Virus record (IMG/VR): IMGVR_UViG_3300045002_000015 | Location: 1-64,000 of that record | Strand: one strand, 5' to 3' | From: a virus | Lineage: Duplodnaviria; Caudoviricetes | DNA length: 64,000 bases | Part shown: positions 17,969 to 26,969 of the stretch, piece by piece | Position numbering within the stretch: position 1 is the first letter of the stretch | Layout: each line of letters starts with the position of its first letter | Notes under the pieces: model-generated | Databases searched by the model: none | Seen by the model: the letters and a program-made list of their open reading frames with translations, nothing else | Told to the model about the DNA's origin: nothing | Made by a program: the position numbers and the translations under genes

Positions 17969-19681
17969 TTATACCCATACGACCGTCACCGAGGGATCGG
18001 GGAAATTCATCGGTGAGGAAACGCCGCCGTTGAATTGCGTCGAGCCGGAGAAGCCGCTCGGACGGCTCTGTGACAACTGCCATATATTGCCAGCCGCATT
18101 GCCGGTCGAATTGACTGGCCATCGGCTGAACGCCACCTGCTTGCTGTTCTGATTGCCTTGGCCATAGTTGACGATCGCCATGGCGGCGTGGCCCGAGCCG
18201 GAGGAGACCGCAAGCGTCAATAGCCCCACCGGATTGGTGGTCACCTGGAAGCGCGGCCCGGACAGCGTCCGCACCGCCTGGCCCAGCCAATAACCAGCCG
18301 GATAGATCGTGCTGTTATCGGCATCGATGACACCGCACGTGCCGTCGGCGCGGCCGTCCCAGATCGCGGACCACAACTCCACCGGCGAGCCGTTCATCAA
18401 CTCGATGATGTAGACCGCCGAGTAGATCGCGCCGATGTAGTTCTGCTGCTCGGGACACGAGCAGTTCCAGTCAATGTTGTATTCACCGGCGAAGATCGCG
18501 CGCGGCAGGCCGGCCAGATTGCAGCCGCCGATATCCTTGGTGCCCTTGTTCTGCTGGTACGCCGATTGGCCCGGACCGGACGAGCTGGAATAGCCGCCGA
18601 GATAGGAGTGGAAGTCGGCCACATCCATGTGCTGCGTCTGCTGCTGGAACTGCGGCATCAGATTGCCGAACCACGCGGTGGTCGGACCGCAGCAGAGCAG
18701 ATTGCCGGAGACCGCCTTCACGGCGCTCGCCATGGCGTTGAAATACGAGGTCAGCGGATTGTTGCTGTTCGGCTCGTTGTCCGACTCAAAGCCAATGATC
18801 GGGAATTTTTTGCCATTCGACATCGTGGCGCTGTTCAGGAAGCGGGCGAGATTGCCCATGGCCTTGCCGTAGGAATTCGCGTCGCTGAAACCCTGCACGC
18901 CGCTGATATTGACGCCGATAATGACGCTGGAGACCCCGAGCGGGTCCACATCGGCGAAGCTGCCAACTAGGTTGTTCCACAAGCCGGTATTCACCGAGCC
19001 GTCGCCGTTGAAATAAGGCGTATCGCCGCGCTGCGGCAGATTGCCGTTGAAGCGCCACAGCCCCGGATTGATCTTGGCCGCCGTGTTGCGGAACGTGCTG
19101 TTGGTGAAAGCCTGAAAGCCGCCGTCGCCCGCGCCACCGGTCGAGACGCCCCAAGCGCGCGGCGAGATGATCTGCTGGCCGGAGCCGCCGGGGTAGTTCT
19201 GCGGCGCCGAGAAGTCGGCGACCAGGAAGTTGGAACTGGCCTGCGGGCCGGTTCCAGCCGGCCCTGTGGGCGTCGGCGGCTGGGTCGGCTGCGTTGGTCC
19301 GGTGGGCGGCGTAGGAGCCGGTGTCGGGCCTGGGGGCGCCGGCGTTGGCGGCTGCGTCGGCTGCGTGGATGACCGCGGATCACCGGATGCCGAAACCCAG
19401 GGATAGCCTTGCGACTGATCCCAGTACCACCAGCCGTTCTGGTTGTTCCGCTGGTAAATCTTGCCCTGGTAGTACAGCAGCAGCGTGACATTGGACGTGC
19501 GGCTGTCGACCACGCCGTTGCGAACCACCTGCAAGCCGTTGTGGCTTGAGGCGGCAAGGTTCCAGACCGTGCCGCCGCCGTCGGTGATGCCGGCCGGGGC
19601 CGATAGTACCGTGCCGGAACTGGAAGCCTGGGCGGTGATCTGATGCGCGCTGATCGTGGCGCCGTCGGGAGACGCGGTCAT
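17969..19681 (-). CDS. Modular clan GH-A glycoside hydrolase (GH39/GH79-like) with N-terminal beta-domain and Pro/Thr linker
   Basis: ESDNEPN acid/base, DFHSY, FAGEYN nucleophile; PTQPTQPPTP linker; start ATG 19681 after GAGGAG. Confidence 0.75.
   Translation of the reverse strand: MTASPDGATISAHQITAQASSSGTVLSAPAGITDGGGTVWNLAASSHNGLQVVRNGVVDSRTSNVTLLLYYQGKIYQRNNQNGWWYWDQSQGYPWVSASGDPRSSTQPTQPPTPAPPGPTPAPTPPTGPTQPTQPPTPTGPAGTGPQASSNFLVADFSAPQNYPGGSGQQIISPRAWGVSTGGAGDGGFQAFTNSTFRNTAAKINPGLWRFNGNLPQRGDTPYFNGDGSVNTGLWNNLVGSFADVDPLGVSSVIIGVNISGVQGFSDANSYGKAMGNLARFLNSATMSNGKKFPIIGFESDNEPNSNNPLTSYFNAMASAVKAVSGNLLCCGPTTAWFGNLMPQFQQQTQHMDVADFHSYLGGYSSSSGPGQSAYQQNKGTKDIGGCNLAGLPRAIFAGEYNIDWNCSCPEQQNYIGAIYSAVYIIELMNGSPVELWSAIWDGRADGTCGVIDADNSTIYPAGYWLGQAVRTLSGPRFQVTTNPVGLLTLAVSSGSGHAAMAIVNYGQGNQNSKQVAFSRWPVNSTGNAAGNIWQLSQSRPSGFSGSTQFNGGVSSPMNFPDPSVTVVWV
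19269..19369 (-). repeat. Imperfect direct repeat (29 nt, period 72) encoding the TQPTQPPTP linker
   Basis: ggcgtcggcggctgggtcggctgcgttgg at 19269 vs ggcgttggcggctgcgtcggctgcgtgga at 19341. Confidence 0.8.
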
Positions 19682-19991
19682 AGCTCTCGCTCCTCTGTCC
19701 AGGACGTCACCACCCCAATTCCATTTCTTCACCCGGGCGGCGTTCGCCGCCGTATCGCCCAGCGCGATCCGCCGGGACGCTGATCCTTGCCGAGCACCTG
19801 GCGGATACGTGCGCGCGAAGGTGGACGGGGGCGCTTGACCGAGATCGCCTCGGCGCGCACCGGACGGCTCAGCGATGAGATGCCGGTCAGATTGATATCG
19901 ATGAATGTCGCCATGCTATGCTGTTGAGCAGGAGCGAAGCGGCTGCGTGAGCGGCTTTGCGTGGCACTCAAAAGGGAAGCGAGGAGGCGCC

Positions 19992-20222
19992 ATGAGCGAG
20001 CCTTATTGGAACAGCGCCGCGTGGCTCAGCGGCGGCATCAAGACGACCGACCATTGGCATCGCAAGACGAACGATCGCACGTGCTCGCGCTGTCGGCGGG
20101 AGGTGCCGGAGGATGACGTGCCGCTGATGGTCTGGTCGCCCGATGGGCACGACATGCTGATCTATTGCGAGCGGGCGTCGCCGGCGAGCCGCCGCTCGAT
20201 GCGTGAACGGACGACGCCATGA
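19992..20222 (+). CDS. Small hypothetical protein (CSRC motif)
   Basis: RBS GAGGAGG before ATG 19992. Confidence 0.5.
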   Translation: MSEPYWNSAAWLSGGIKTTDHWHRKTNDRTCSRCRREVPEDDVPLMVWSPDGHDMLIYCERASPASRRSMRERTTP

Positions 20223-20512
20223 GCTGGGATCATGTTCGCATTGAGCCGTCTGCCGCTGCCCCTGATTGCGCCGAGCTATTCCTGATGAACGAGCACGGCA
20301 GGGCTTATGACATTGCGATCGCACATCTGCCGATCAGCGGCACGCCATCCCGCATGACGGTGATGGACAGCGCGGACTGGCGCTTCATCCTGGACGTTCT
20401 CGCCGAGGTCAATTGCCGCCATACGAGCGACAAGGATCATCCCTGGGTGCCGGTTGAAACCAGCGACGGGGCGGTGTGGATGTATTTCGCTGAGCCGGGG
20501 CCGACGCCATGA
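20219..20512 (+). CDS. Hypothetical protein
   Basis: ATGA overlap with preceding ORF. Confidence 0.5.
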   Translation: MSWDHVRIEPSAAAPDCAELFLMNEHGRAYDIAIAHLPISGTPSRMTVMDSADWRFILDVLAEVNCRHTSDKDHPWVPVETSDGAVWMYFAEPGPTP

Positions 20513-20605
20513 TCGGCCGCACTTGCCGAGCCGGCGCCAACACCCACCGCGTTTACTTGGCAGCGGATCATCGCCGCCGGAACGTTCGCGCATCGAATGC
20601 AACCG

Positions 20606-20854
20606 TCAGCCCTCGGTCTGCGGCGCGATCCCGGTCAGCCGCGCGATCGCCGCGATGACCGCATCGCACGTCGCCACCTCGCCCTGCGAGTAGGCAATGT
20701 CCTCGGCCGCCTCGTCGGCGGCGAAGGTGTCATAGTTCGCCAGCGCGCGCTTCTGGATCGCCCGCGCCTGCTCGGCCGATTCCAGCGCCACCCGGCGGTG
20801 GCGCGCCATCTCGGCCAGCAGTTCGAGGAAGATCGCCGCGGCCTCGTCCGTCAT
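20606..20854 (-). CDS. Hypothetical helical phage protein
   Basis: ATGA overlap at 20851-20854; MTDEAAAIFLELLAEM. Confidence 0.55.
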   Translation of the reverse strand: MTDEAAAIFLELLAEMARHRRVALESAEQARAIQKRALANYDTFAADEAAEDIAYSQGEVATCDAVIAAIARLTGIAPQTEG

Positions 20855-21264
20855 GCCGCCGTCCTGAGGGTCATGGACCGGATCGGATCGGGCCGGAAGA
20901 TATAGCCGCCCGCGCCGCCCCAGGCGTAATACCACGCCGTCTCCGGCCGATAGCATCGCTCCTGAATGCAGGGCGAGATGATCAGGCCATCCCAGCGCGT
21001 CTCAACCGCAAGCCAGTCGATGAATGACCAGAAGTGCTGAAACTCGCGGGTGAACAGGTCCAGTTCGGTGGCCGTGGAAAGCTTCAGCACATTCGCGCCG
21101 TCGAATAGCGCCACATCGTACACATAGGGCAGCGTCTGCGGGCCGGGTTCGCAGTCATCGTCCGAGACCCACAGCCCAAGCGGCCTGAGCGGGCCGCGCG
21201 GCCCGAGGAGGTGCGGCGCCGGGAACCGTCCGAACGGCGTGGCGGAATAGTGCACCAGGCGCAT
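20851..21264 (-). CDS. Conserved-type phage protein (HYS / GLWVS / IDW / WYYAW motifs)
   Basis: MRLVHYS, RPLGLWVS, ANVLKLST, IDWLAVETRWDGLII, WYYAW resemble a recurrent phage hypothetical family recalled from memory. Confidence 0.6.
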   Translation of the reverse strand: MRLVHYSATPFGRFPAPHLLGPRGPLRPLGLWVSDDDCEPGPQTLPYVYDVALFDGANVLKLSTATELDLFTREFQHFWSFIDWLAVETRWDGLIISPCIQERCYRPETAWYYAWGGAGGYIFRPDPIRSMTLRTAA

Positions 21265-21290
21265 CGGCCAGCAGCCTAGCCGCACGCGGC

Positions 21291-22586
21291 CTATGATGCC
21301 AGCCGCGCCCAAACGCCCAGGTTGCCGCGCTGCATGATCCACTTGCCCAGCGCGTATCTACACGCGTCAATGGTGTGATTGTGCTTGTCGACGATCTTCG
21401 GCAGGATGATGCGCGAGTCGTGCGGATCGGTCGCATAGGAATACAGCCGGAATTCGCGCGCGGTGTTCTCGCAGCGCGGGTGTATCTTGATCCGGCGGAA
21501 GCCCTTGAGATGGGCAATGCCGTCCTCGACCGAGCCACGCCACTTCTCGGCCGGATGGATCGGAAACCCAGGCGCCCGCCGCGCCAGATAGGAGATGGTC
21601 TCGGGCCGCGCCGAGTCGGCAAAGATCGGCCACTCCAGGCAGCCCGGCACACCCGGATAGGAAACCCCGGTCTTGGCGGCAACGCCGCCGGCGAACAGCG
21701 CGGGCAGATCGTCGATCTCGACGCCCACCGCATACGCCTCGTAATCGATGTACAGTACCTCGTCGGCGATCCAGCAGCGGATCAGCACGGAGGGATCGTT
21801 GGCGAAGCCCCAGTCGGCGCCGAAATAGAAACGGTCCACATTGCGCGGCGTATCGAAGGGTTCCACATCGAACGTGCCGCGAAAGATCGCCGCCTCGGAT
21901 ATCCGCCGGCATTCGCCTTCCCAGACCCAGTCATAGGTATCCGGGTGATGCTTCAGCCAGTCGAGGCGCAGATCGTAGAGCGCGGTCTTTTTGAAAAACG
22001 GGTTGTCGCGCCAGGAGGTCTTGCGCACCAGCGCGTTGCGCGGCGCCGGATCGCCGACGAATTTCCTGTGGATCGGGTCTTCTTCGAATTCCGGGTTATA
22101 GCTGATCCAGATTTCGCTGCCCGGCCGGCGGATGGTCGGATCGAGCACGGTCCAGCTATCGAAACGGGTGGAATTGGCCTCTTCCAGCCAACAGCGGGTG
22201 ACGCCTTCGAGCGAGCGTATCTCGTTGATGTTGCGCTCGAGGCCTTTGAAGATGAATTCGGATTCGGTGCGCTTGCAATAGATCGAATTGCGGGTGAACT
22301 CAAACCAGTGCTGCACGCCGATCGCATAGATTGACTGCTCGACGACGCGATAGACGCTGTCGGTGATCGAATTCTGGAACTGCCGCGTGCACAGGATCAA
22401 GTGCCTGTCGCTGTATGCCTGCGCGGTCAGCGCGCGGGCAAAACTGCTCGACTTGGCCGCGCCGCGGCCGCCATAGAAGACGCGATAGCGGATGGGCGTG
22501 CCATCCGGCATGGTGCGCCAGAACAGCGGCGCGTAGGCCACCGGGATGACGACCGGCGCTTCCGGCCTCGGCCCGCCGTCCAGCAT
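21291..22586 (-). CDS. terL: Terminase large subunit (PBSX family)
   Basis: YGGRGAAKS Walker A, CWLEEAN Walker B, EIWISYNP, GADWGFANDP, ADSARPETI, DKHNHTIDACRYAL. Confidence 0.95.
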   Translation of the reverse strand: MLDGGPRPEAPVVIPVAYAPLFWRTMPDGTPIRYRVFYGGRGAAKSSSFARALTAQAYSDRHLILCTRQFQNSITDSVYRVVEQSIYAIGVQHWFEFTRNSIYCKRTESEFIFKGLERNINEIRSLEGVTRCWLEEANSTRFDSWTVLDPTIRRPGSEIWISYNPEFEEDPIHRKFVGDPAPRNALVRKTSWRDNPFFKKTALYDLRLDWLKHHPDTYDWVWEGECRRISEAAIFRGTFDVEPFDTPRNVDRFYFGADWGFANDPSVLIRCWIADEVLYIDYEAYAVGVEIDDLPALFAGGVAAKTGVSYPGVPGCLEWPIFADSARPETISYLARRAPGFPIHPAEKWRGSVEDGIAHLKGFRRIKIHPRCENTAREFRLYSYATDPHDSRIILPKIVDKHNHTIDACRYALGKWIMQRGNLGVWARLAS

Positions 22587-22592
22587 TGATGA

Positions 22593-22811
22593 TCAGCGCT
22601 CGGCCGGCGGCGGCAATCCACCGATCAGATTGGTGCGCACTGTATAGACGGCGCCGAACTGGCTGAAGACCGGCTTGGCCTCGACCCAGGCGCGAACCTG
22701 GGGATAGCCGCGCTGGTGCCAAAGTTCCTCGATCTCGGCGGCCAGTTCCTCGGCGCCGATCCGCGTCGATACATCGCGCTTGATCCTGGGCGGCGGCGCC
22801 TCGAAATCCAT
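22593..22811 (-). CDS. Hypothetical phage protein
   Basis: LAAEIEELWHQRGYPQVRAWVE...YTVRTNLIGGLPP; directly upstream of terL. Confidence 0.55.
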   Translation of the reverse strand: MDFEAPPPRIKRDVSTRIGAEELAAEIEELWHQRGYPQVRAWVEAKPVFSQFGAVYTVRTNLIGGLPPPAER

Positions 22812-22854
22812 GCATGCTCCCGAGAAAAATGCGCGGCTTTTTGCGTTTTAGCGC

Positions 22855-22892
22855 TTGACGGCCGCCGTAATATGTAATACTTTTATTACATA
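22855..22892 (+). promoter_or_regulatory. Sigma70-type promoter overlapped by perfect palindromic operator
   Basis: TTGACG(22855)-N17-TACTTT(22878); TATGTAATA-cttt-TATTACATA at 22871-22892. Confidence 0.75.
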
Positions 22893-22911
22893 GAGAACGG
22901 AGGACGGCGAA

Positions 22912-23130
22912 GTGGTTTTCATCAACGTCAAGTCACCGCGCGAGATCGCCAAGCTGCGCCGCGCCCATGCCTGGTCGCGCGATATCCCGGACACCCGCTT
23001 CGGTTCGCCGCGCGATCAGCAAATCGACCGGCTCGCGGAACTGCGTCTCGGTGACCTGGAGGAGATGAGCGAGGCCGAACGCGAACTGACCGAGCGCTAC
23101 AAGGCATTGATGCGCGAAGTGCTGGCTTAA
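22912..23130 (+). CDS. Hypothetical moron protein
   Basis: GTG start after GGAGGA, downstream of promoter. Confidence 0.6.
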   Translation: MVFINVKSPREIAKLRRAHAWSRDIPDTRFGSPRDQQIDRLAELRLGDLEEMSEAERELTERYKALMREVLA

Positions 23131-23140
23131 AAAGAGAGGA

Positions 23141-23452
23141 ATGGCGAACATGACAACGGCAGAACGCAACCGGGCGATCAAAAAGACCCTCGAGCGCGCC
23201 TTCGGCCGCGGCAAGGTCCGCGTGCGCGGCGGCCGCGGCACCGCCTATGGCTGGGTCTCGGTCGATATCGACTGGACACCGCTAAGCCACCGCCAAGCCT
23301 CGGATATGCGCGCCCGGGTTTGGGATATGCTGAACACCGCCGGCCTCGGCAAGAGCATCGGCACCTACGGCTACAACGATCCAGGATCGGATTACGGCTA
23401 CGGCCACAAAATGTCGCTCACCTTCAACCGCGTGGTCGAGGAGGCAGCGTGA
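23141..23452 (+). CDS. Hypothetical moron protein (weak LPD29-like resemblance)
   Basis: AIKKTLERAFGRGKVRVRGGRGTAYGWVSV; RBS GAGAGGA. Confidence 0.6.
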   Translation: MANMTTAERNRAIKKTLERAFGRGKVRVRGGRGTAYGWVSVDIDWTPLSHRQASDMRARVWDMLNTAGLGKSIGTYGYNDPGSDYGYGHKMSLTFNRVVEEAA

Positions 23453-23727
23453 GCGACTTCCGGCATTGGTATGACACGATCGATCGCCGACGCTACGCCG
23501 CTTGGCTGCGCGCGCGCCCGAAAATCGTGCGCGCGGTTATGCGCGAGTTTCCACTCGGTTCGCATATCGACGTCAACGGCGCTGATCACGTCGTGTTCGG
23601 CGCGACCGAGGGCGGCGATCTGATCGTCGTACCTTATGCCGCCCGGGATTACGATGACGCCTACGCGCGCCGTTCGCACCTCTGCGCCGCCTGCCAGCGC
23701 GCGGGCAAGGTGCATATCCTCAAATGA
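23449..23727 (+). CDS. Hypothetical moron protein
   Basis: GTGA overlap; C-terminal HLCAAC. Confidence 0.55.
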   Translation: MSDFRHWYDTIDRRRYAAWLRARPKIVRAVMREFPLGSHIDVNGADHVVFGATEGGDLIVVPYAARDYDDAYARRSHLCAACQRAGKVHILK

Positions 23728-24020
23728 CCGCGGAGGAGCTATGCCGGCTCATGTGGGCCTTGGACTGGGGCGACGGCGATTTGGCGCGCGAGCTTGGCTG
23801 TGATCGGCTTACGGTCTGGCGCTGGACCCGCGGCCGGCAAAGCGTTCCCCTCGCCGTCGGGCGTTGGCTGCGCGATTACGCACGCGATTACGCTCGCTTT
23901 CGCGCCGAGCATCCGCCCCCGGACTGGCGCACCACGGGCCGCCGGCCCAAAGCGAAAGACCCGGCCGGTGCCCCTCGGCCGGGTCCGTCGTCCGTGGTAA
24001 TGGAGAAGCGAGACCGATAG
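23724..24020 (+). CDS. Short XRE-like HTH regulator
   Basis: MTAEELCRLMWALDWGDGDLARELGCDRLTVWRWTRG. Confidence 0.75.
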   Translation: MTAEELCRLMWALDWGDGDLARELGCDRLTVWRWTRGRQSVPLAVGRWLRDYARDYARFRAEHPPPDWRTTGRRPKAKDPAGAPRPGPSSVVMEKRDR

Positions 24021-24074
24021 CCCTCACCGGTCACGCCACCTTCCATAGCACGTCTGGCCGGATTGGGGGAAGTC

Positions 24075-24635
24075 CTATCCTTCGTCGTCGCCGGAGGCTT
24101 CGATGATCCGCAGCGCCGGCGTCGGCTGATTGTCCTGGGTCTCCGCATCAACATCGATCGCGCGCACCGGCTGGATCACCAGCACCGGGGCCACGATCGA
24201 GGCGCCCGCCAGCCCGGCGCGAGAGGCGTCGGGCGAGAACCCGTGGCGCACGTTGTCCGTCACCTTCCATTCGTCGCCGGCATGTGTCTGTAGCCAATAT
24301 TTCTGCGCCATCACGTTGCCCGCCAAGCCGGAGCGAATGACCGCCAGCCCCATGCTGGCAACCGTGCGCTCGTAACCTTCATCCAACTCCTGGCGAAACA
24401 CCTTGCGCAGCGTTATCTCGCAGATGCCTTCCCGATCGCCGCGGTAGCGCGTGATATTGCGTGCGATGATGCGTTGCGGCACGCGGTTTGCCGCCATGAA
24501 GCGCACCAGCATGCGCTGCGCGTCATTCGGAACGAATGGCGGCTGACCGGGCATCGCGCGCGGCTGGGTCGGCCCGAAGGGGTCCGGCTCCTCAACAAAA
24601 TCGTCAACTATTTCAGTATCTTCGGTGTCCTGCAT
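24075..24635 (-). CDS. terS: Terminase small subunit
   Basis: FVPNDAQRMLVRFMA, ITLRKVFRQELDEG, GNVMAQKYWLQTHAG; upstream of terL. Confidence 0.8.
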   Translation of the reverse strand: MQDTEDTEIVDDFVEEPDPFGPTQPRAMPGQPPFVPNDAQRMLVRFMAANRVPQRIIARNITRYRGDREGICEITLRKVFRQELDEGYERTVASMGLAVIRSGLAGNVMAQKYWLQTHAGDEWKVTDNVRHGFSPDASRAGLAGASIVAPVLVIQPVRAIDVDAETQDNQPTPALRIIEASGDDEG

Positions 24636-24696
24636 TATGACCGCCCGTCATCAATACGGTTGATACTGGTGTGAATCGACCAAAAGAATAGGAACC

Positions 24697-25983
24697 CTAA
24701 CCTGCGCGCCGCGCGGCGACCTCGGCGAAGCTCTGACCGGTCGCCTCCAGCGTGGCGGATTGGCCGGTGAAAGCCTGCCAGCGCTGTACAGAAACGTCCA
24801 CGTAGGCCGGCGCTATTTCCAGGGCGTGGCACGCACGGCCCGTCATTTCCGCAGCGATGATCGTCGTCCCGGAACCGACAAAAGGATCGTAGACCGCTTG
24901 CCCAGGGTTGCTGTTGTTCTCGATCGGCCGCTTCATGCATTCGACTGGTTTCTGCGCGCTGTGCCCAGTCGTCATATCGTCAGGCTTGCCGCCCTTCATG
25001 GTATTTAGATTGGCGATCTGCCACAGAGTGGTCTGCTTCCGGTCACCGCTCCAATGGCCGGTAGCGCCCTTCCGGACGGCGTACCAGCAGGGCTCGTGCT
25101 GCCAGTGGTAATCACCACGGCCAAAGACGAATCCCTGCTTGGCCCAGATTATTTGGCATCGGATATCGTATCCTGATGCCTCTAAAGAGGATTGGACCGC
25201 ACTGGCATATCGGCCACCATGCCAAACATACGCAACATCAGTTGGCGAGAGCGACCATGCGTCTGTCCAGTCGGCTCTCTCGTCATTGACCACGACACCC
25301 ACTGAGGTTGTCTTCCCGCCCTTATATTGTGCCGGATTGTCCCTGACTCTCCAATCAGGATCGTAATCCACACCGTAAGGCGGATCGGTCACCATCAGAC
25401 GCGGCTGCACGCCATTCAGGGCAGCCGCCACGTCGTCCGCAGAGGTCGCGTCGCCACAGACCAGCCGATGCCGACCGAGCCGCCATACTTCGCCGCGCAG
25501 GCTTACGGGATTGGCAGACGGCTCGGGCGCCTCGTCTGGGTCGGTCAAGCCTTCGAATGGCTCGGCGGCCAGGCTGTTCAGTTCATCCTCGTCAAAGCCG
25601 ATCAGCGAAAGATCGAAATCAAGATCGGCGAGGGCTTTGAGTTCGGCGTGCAGCAAATCGTCATCCCAACCGGCGTCGAGCGCTAGGCGGTTGTCAGCTA
25701 GCACGTAGGCGCGTTTCTGCGCATCAGACCAACCTGCGGCCACGATGACCGGGACTTCGGCCAGGTCCAGCAATTTGGCGGCTGCAACGCGCGCGTGCCC
25801 AACGATGATACCGCCGCGCTCGTCGATCAGGACCGGCATGGTGAAGCCCCATGCCTGAATCGAGGCCGCAATCTTCTCGATCTGCTCAGCCGAGTGCGTG
25901 CGCGCGTTACGCGGATATGGCCTCAGTGACGAGAGCGCGCGCCGCTCGGCCTTATCGGCCGGCCACAACACGGGATCAGGCAT
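24697..25983 (-). CDS. ParB-like N-terminal domain + DNA (N6-adenine/N4-cytosine) methyltransferase
   Basis: YPRNARTHSAEQIEKIAASI, VTDPPYG, HSAQKPVECM, VYDPFVGSGTT. Confidence 0.9.
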   Translation of the reverse strand: MPDPVLWPADKAERRALSSLRPYPRNARTHSAEQIEKIAASIQAWGFTMPVLIDERGGIIVGHARVAAAKLLDLAEVPVIVAAGWSDAQKRAYVLADNRLALDAGWDDDLLHAELKALADLDFDLSLIGFDEDELNSLAAEPFEGLTDPDEAPEPSANPVSLRGEVWRLGRHRLVCGDATSADDVAAALNGVQPRLMVTDPPYGVDYDPDWRVRDNPAQYKGGKTTSVGVVVNDERADWTDAWSLSPTDVAYVWHGGRYASAVQSSLEASGYDIRCQIIWAKQGFVFGRGDYHWQHEPCWYAVRKGATGHWSGDRKQTTLWQIANLNTMKGGKPDDMTTGHSAQKPVECMKRPIENNSNPGQAVYDPFVGSGTTIIAAEMTGRACHALEIAPAYVDVSVQRWQAFTGQSATLEATGQSFAEVAARRAG

Positions 25984-26218
25984 GATCGACCGACCGCTCG
26001 CGCTCCTCTTGGAGCGCCTGGCTCAACGCTTCGTTCAGCACGACCAGACGATCGGTGCCGGAGAGAGCATCGACGGCGACGTGTACGGCGGCGAGCGCGC
26101 GCTGCATCTGATTGGCGCGGTTGCGCACGCGCCGCCGCTCGGCCGATGCTGCCGCTTCGGTTTGCGCAGATTGGTGCATTGTATGGCGGGATGTACTGGC
26201 GCCCGGCGCATGTATCAC
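25976..26218 (-). CDS. Hypothetical protein
   Basis: Co-oriented 80-aa ORF overlapping the MTase start. Confidence 0.45.
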   Translation of the reverse strand: MIHAPGASTSRHTMHQSAQTEAAASAERRRVRNRANQMQRALAAVHVAVDALSGTDRLVVLNEALSQALQEERERSVDHA

Positions 26219-26230
26219 CAGGGTAGAAAA

Positions 26231-26261
26231 ATCATAGCGACCGGCGTGATGCCAATGTCAA
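26231..26261 (-). promoter_or_regulatory. Candidate late promoter (pR'-like) for the packaging/head operon
   Basis: Minus-strand TTGACA (26261-26256)-N17-GCTATGAT; between late regulator and packaging genes. Confidence 0.5.
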
Positions 26262-26351
26262 GGCTCCGTTGAGCGCGGCCTTGCGTCAAACCGACGTGTG
26301 GGATGGTAGCTCGCTAGGAACCATGCCCGTCAGGTCCGCAGGCGTACCAAT

Positions 26352-26969
26352 CTATATCTGCTGTCGGCGGCCAAGATCGATCTCGCGGCTGATCTCGCTC
26401 TCGAAGTACTGCCACACCTGGTCGAGCAGGCCGACGAGCAGCCGGCGCTCGCCTTGAGGATCGACGCGGCGCCCCGTTGCCCGTTGGCGAAACCGGACCC
26501 ATTCGGCGACCTTGCGGTTTTCCAGGACGACGAAGATCAGCAACCACTGCTGGTCGGGGGTGAAGCGCGCCCAGAGCCGGCTGAGCCGGCGGGCGGCGCG
26601 CACCCGGGCGATCTCGCCGGGCGAGGGGCCGGCGCGGGGCGCTGCGATCATGGCGGCAAAGACGGGCAGCCAGTCGCCGGAATAGCCGTACATCACAGCG
26701 TCGGCCAGTTCGCGCAACTTGTTGGCGGCGTGGATGTGCTTGGCATCGAGGCCGGAGCGGCGGTCGGCGGCCATAGCGGCGATCGGGTCAAAGGCGCGGA
26801 AGCCATGCACGCGGCGCGCTGCGCGCGGCGTGGCGGCGTCATCGGGGTCGGGCCAGTCATTGGGCGCCAGTGCAGTGGGGCCGGTCCTGGCGGCCCTGCG
26901 GACGGCCTGGGGCTGGTCGCCGGCCGGTGGGCGCTGGGGCGGACGTGGCTTGGCGGCGCGGCGGGCCAT
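26352..26969 (-). CDS. Putative late-gene transcription regulator (Q-like / DUF6456-like)
   Basis: HIHAANKLRELAD, WLLIFVVLENRKVAEW, LLVGLLDQVWQYF; position at end of replication arm. Confidence 0.55.
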   Translation of the reverse strand: MARRAAKPRPPQRPPAGDQPQAVRRAARTGPTALAPNDWPDPDDAATPRAARRVHGFRAFDPIAAMAADRRSGLDAKHIHAANKLRELADAVMYGYSGDWLPVFAAMIAAPRAGPSPGEIARVRAARRLSRLWARFTPDQQWLLIFVVLENRKVAEWVRFRQRATGRRVDPQGERRLLVGLLDQVWQYFESEISREIDLGRRQQI

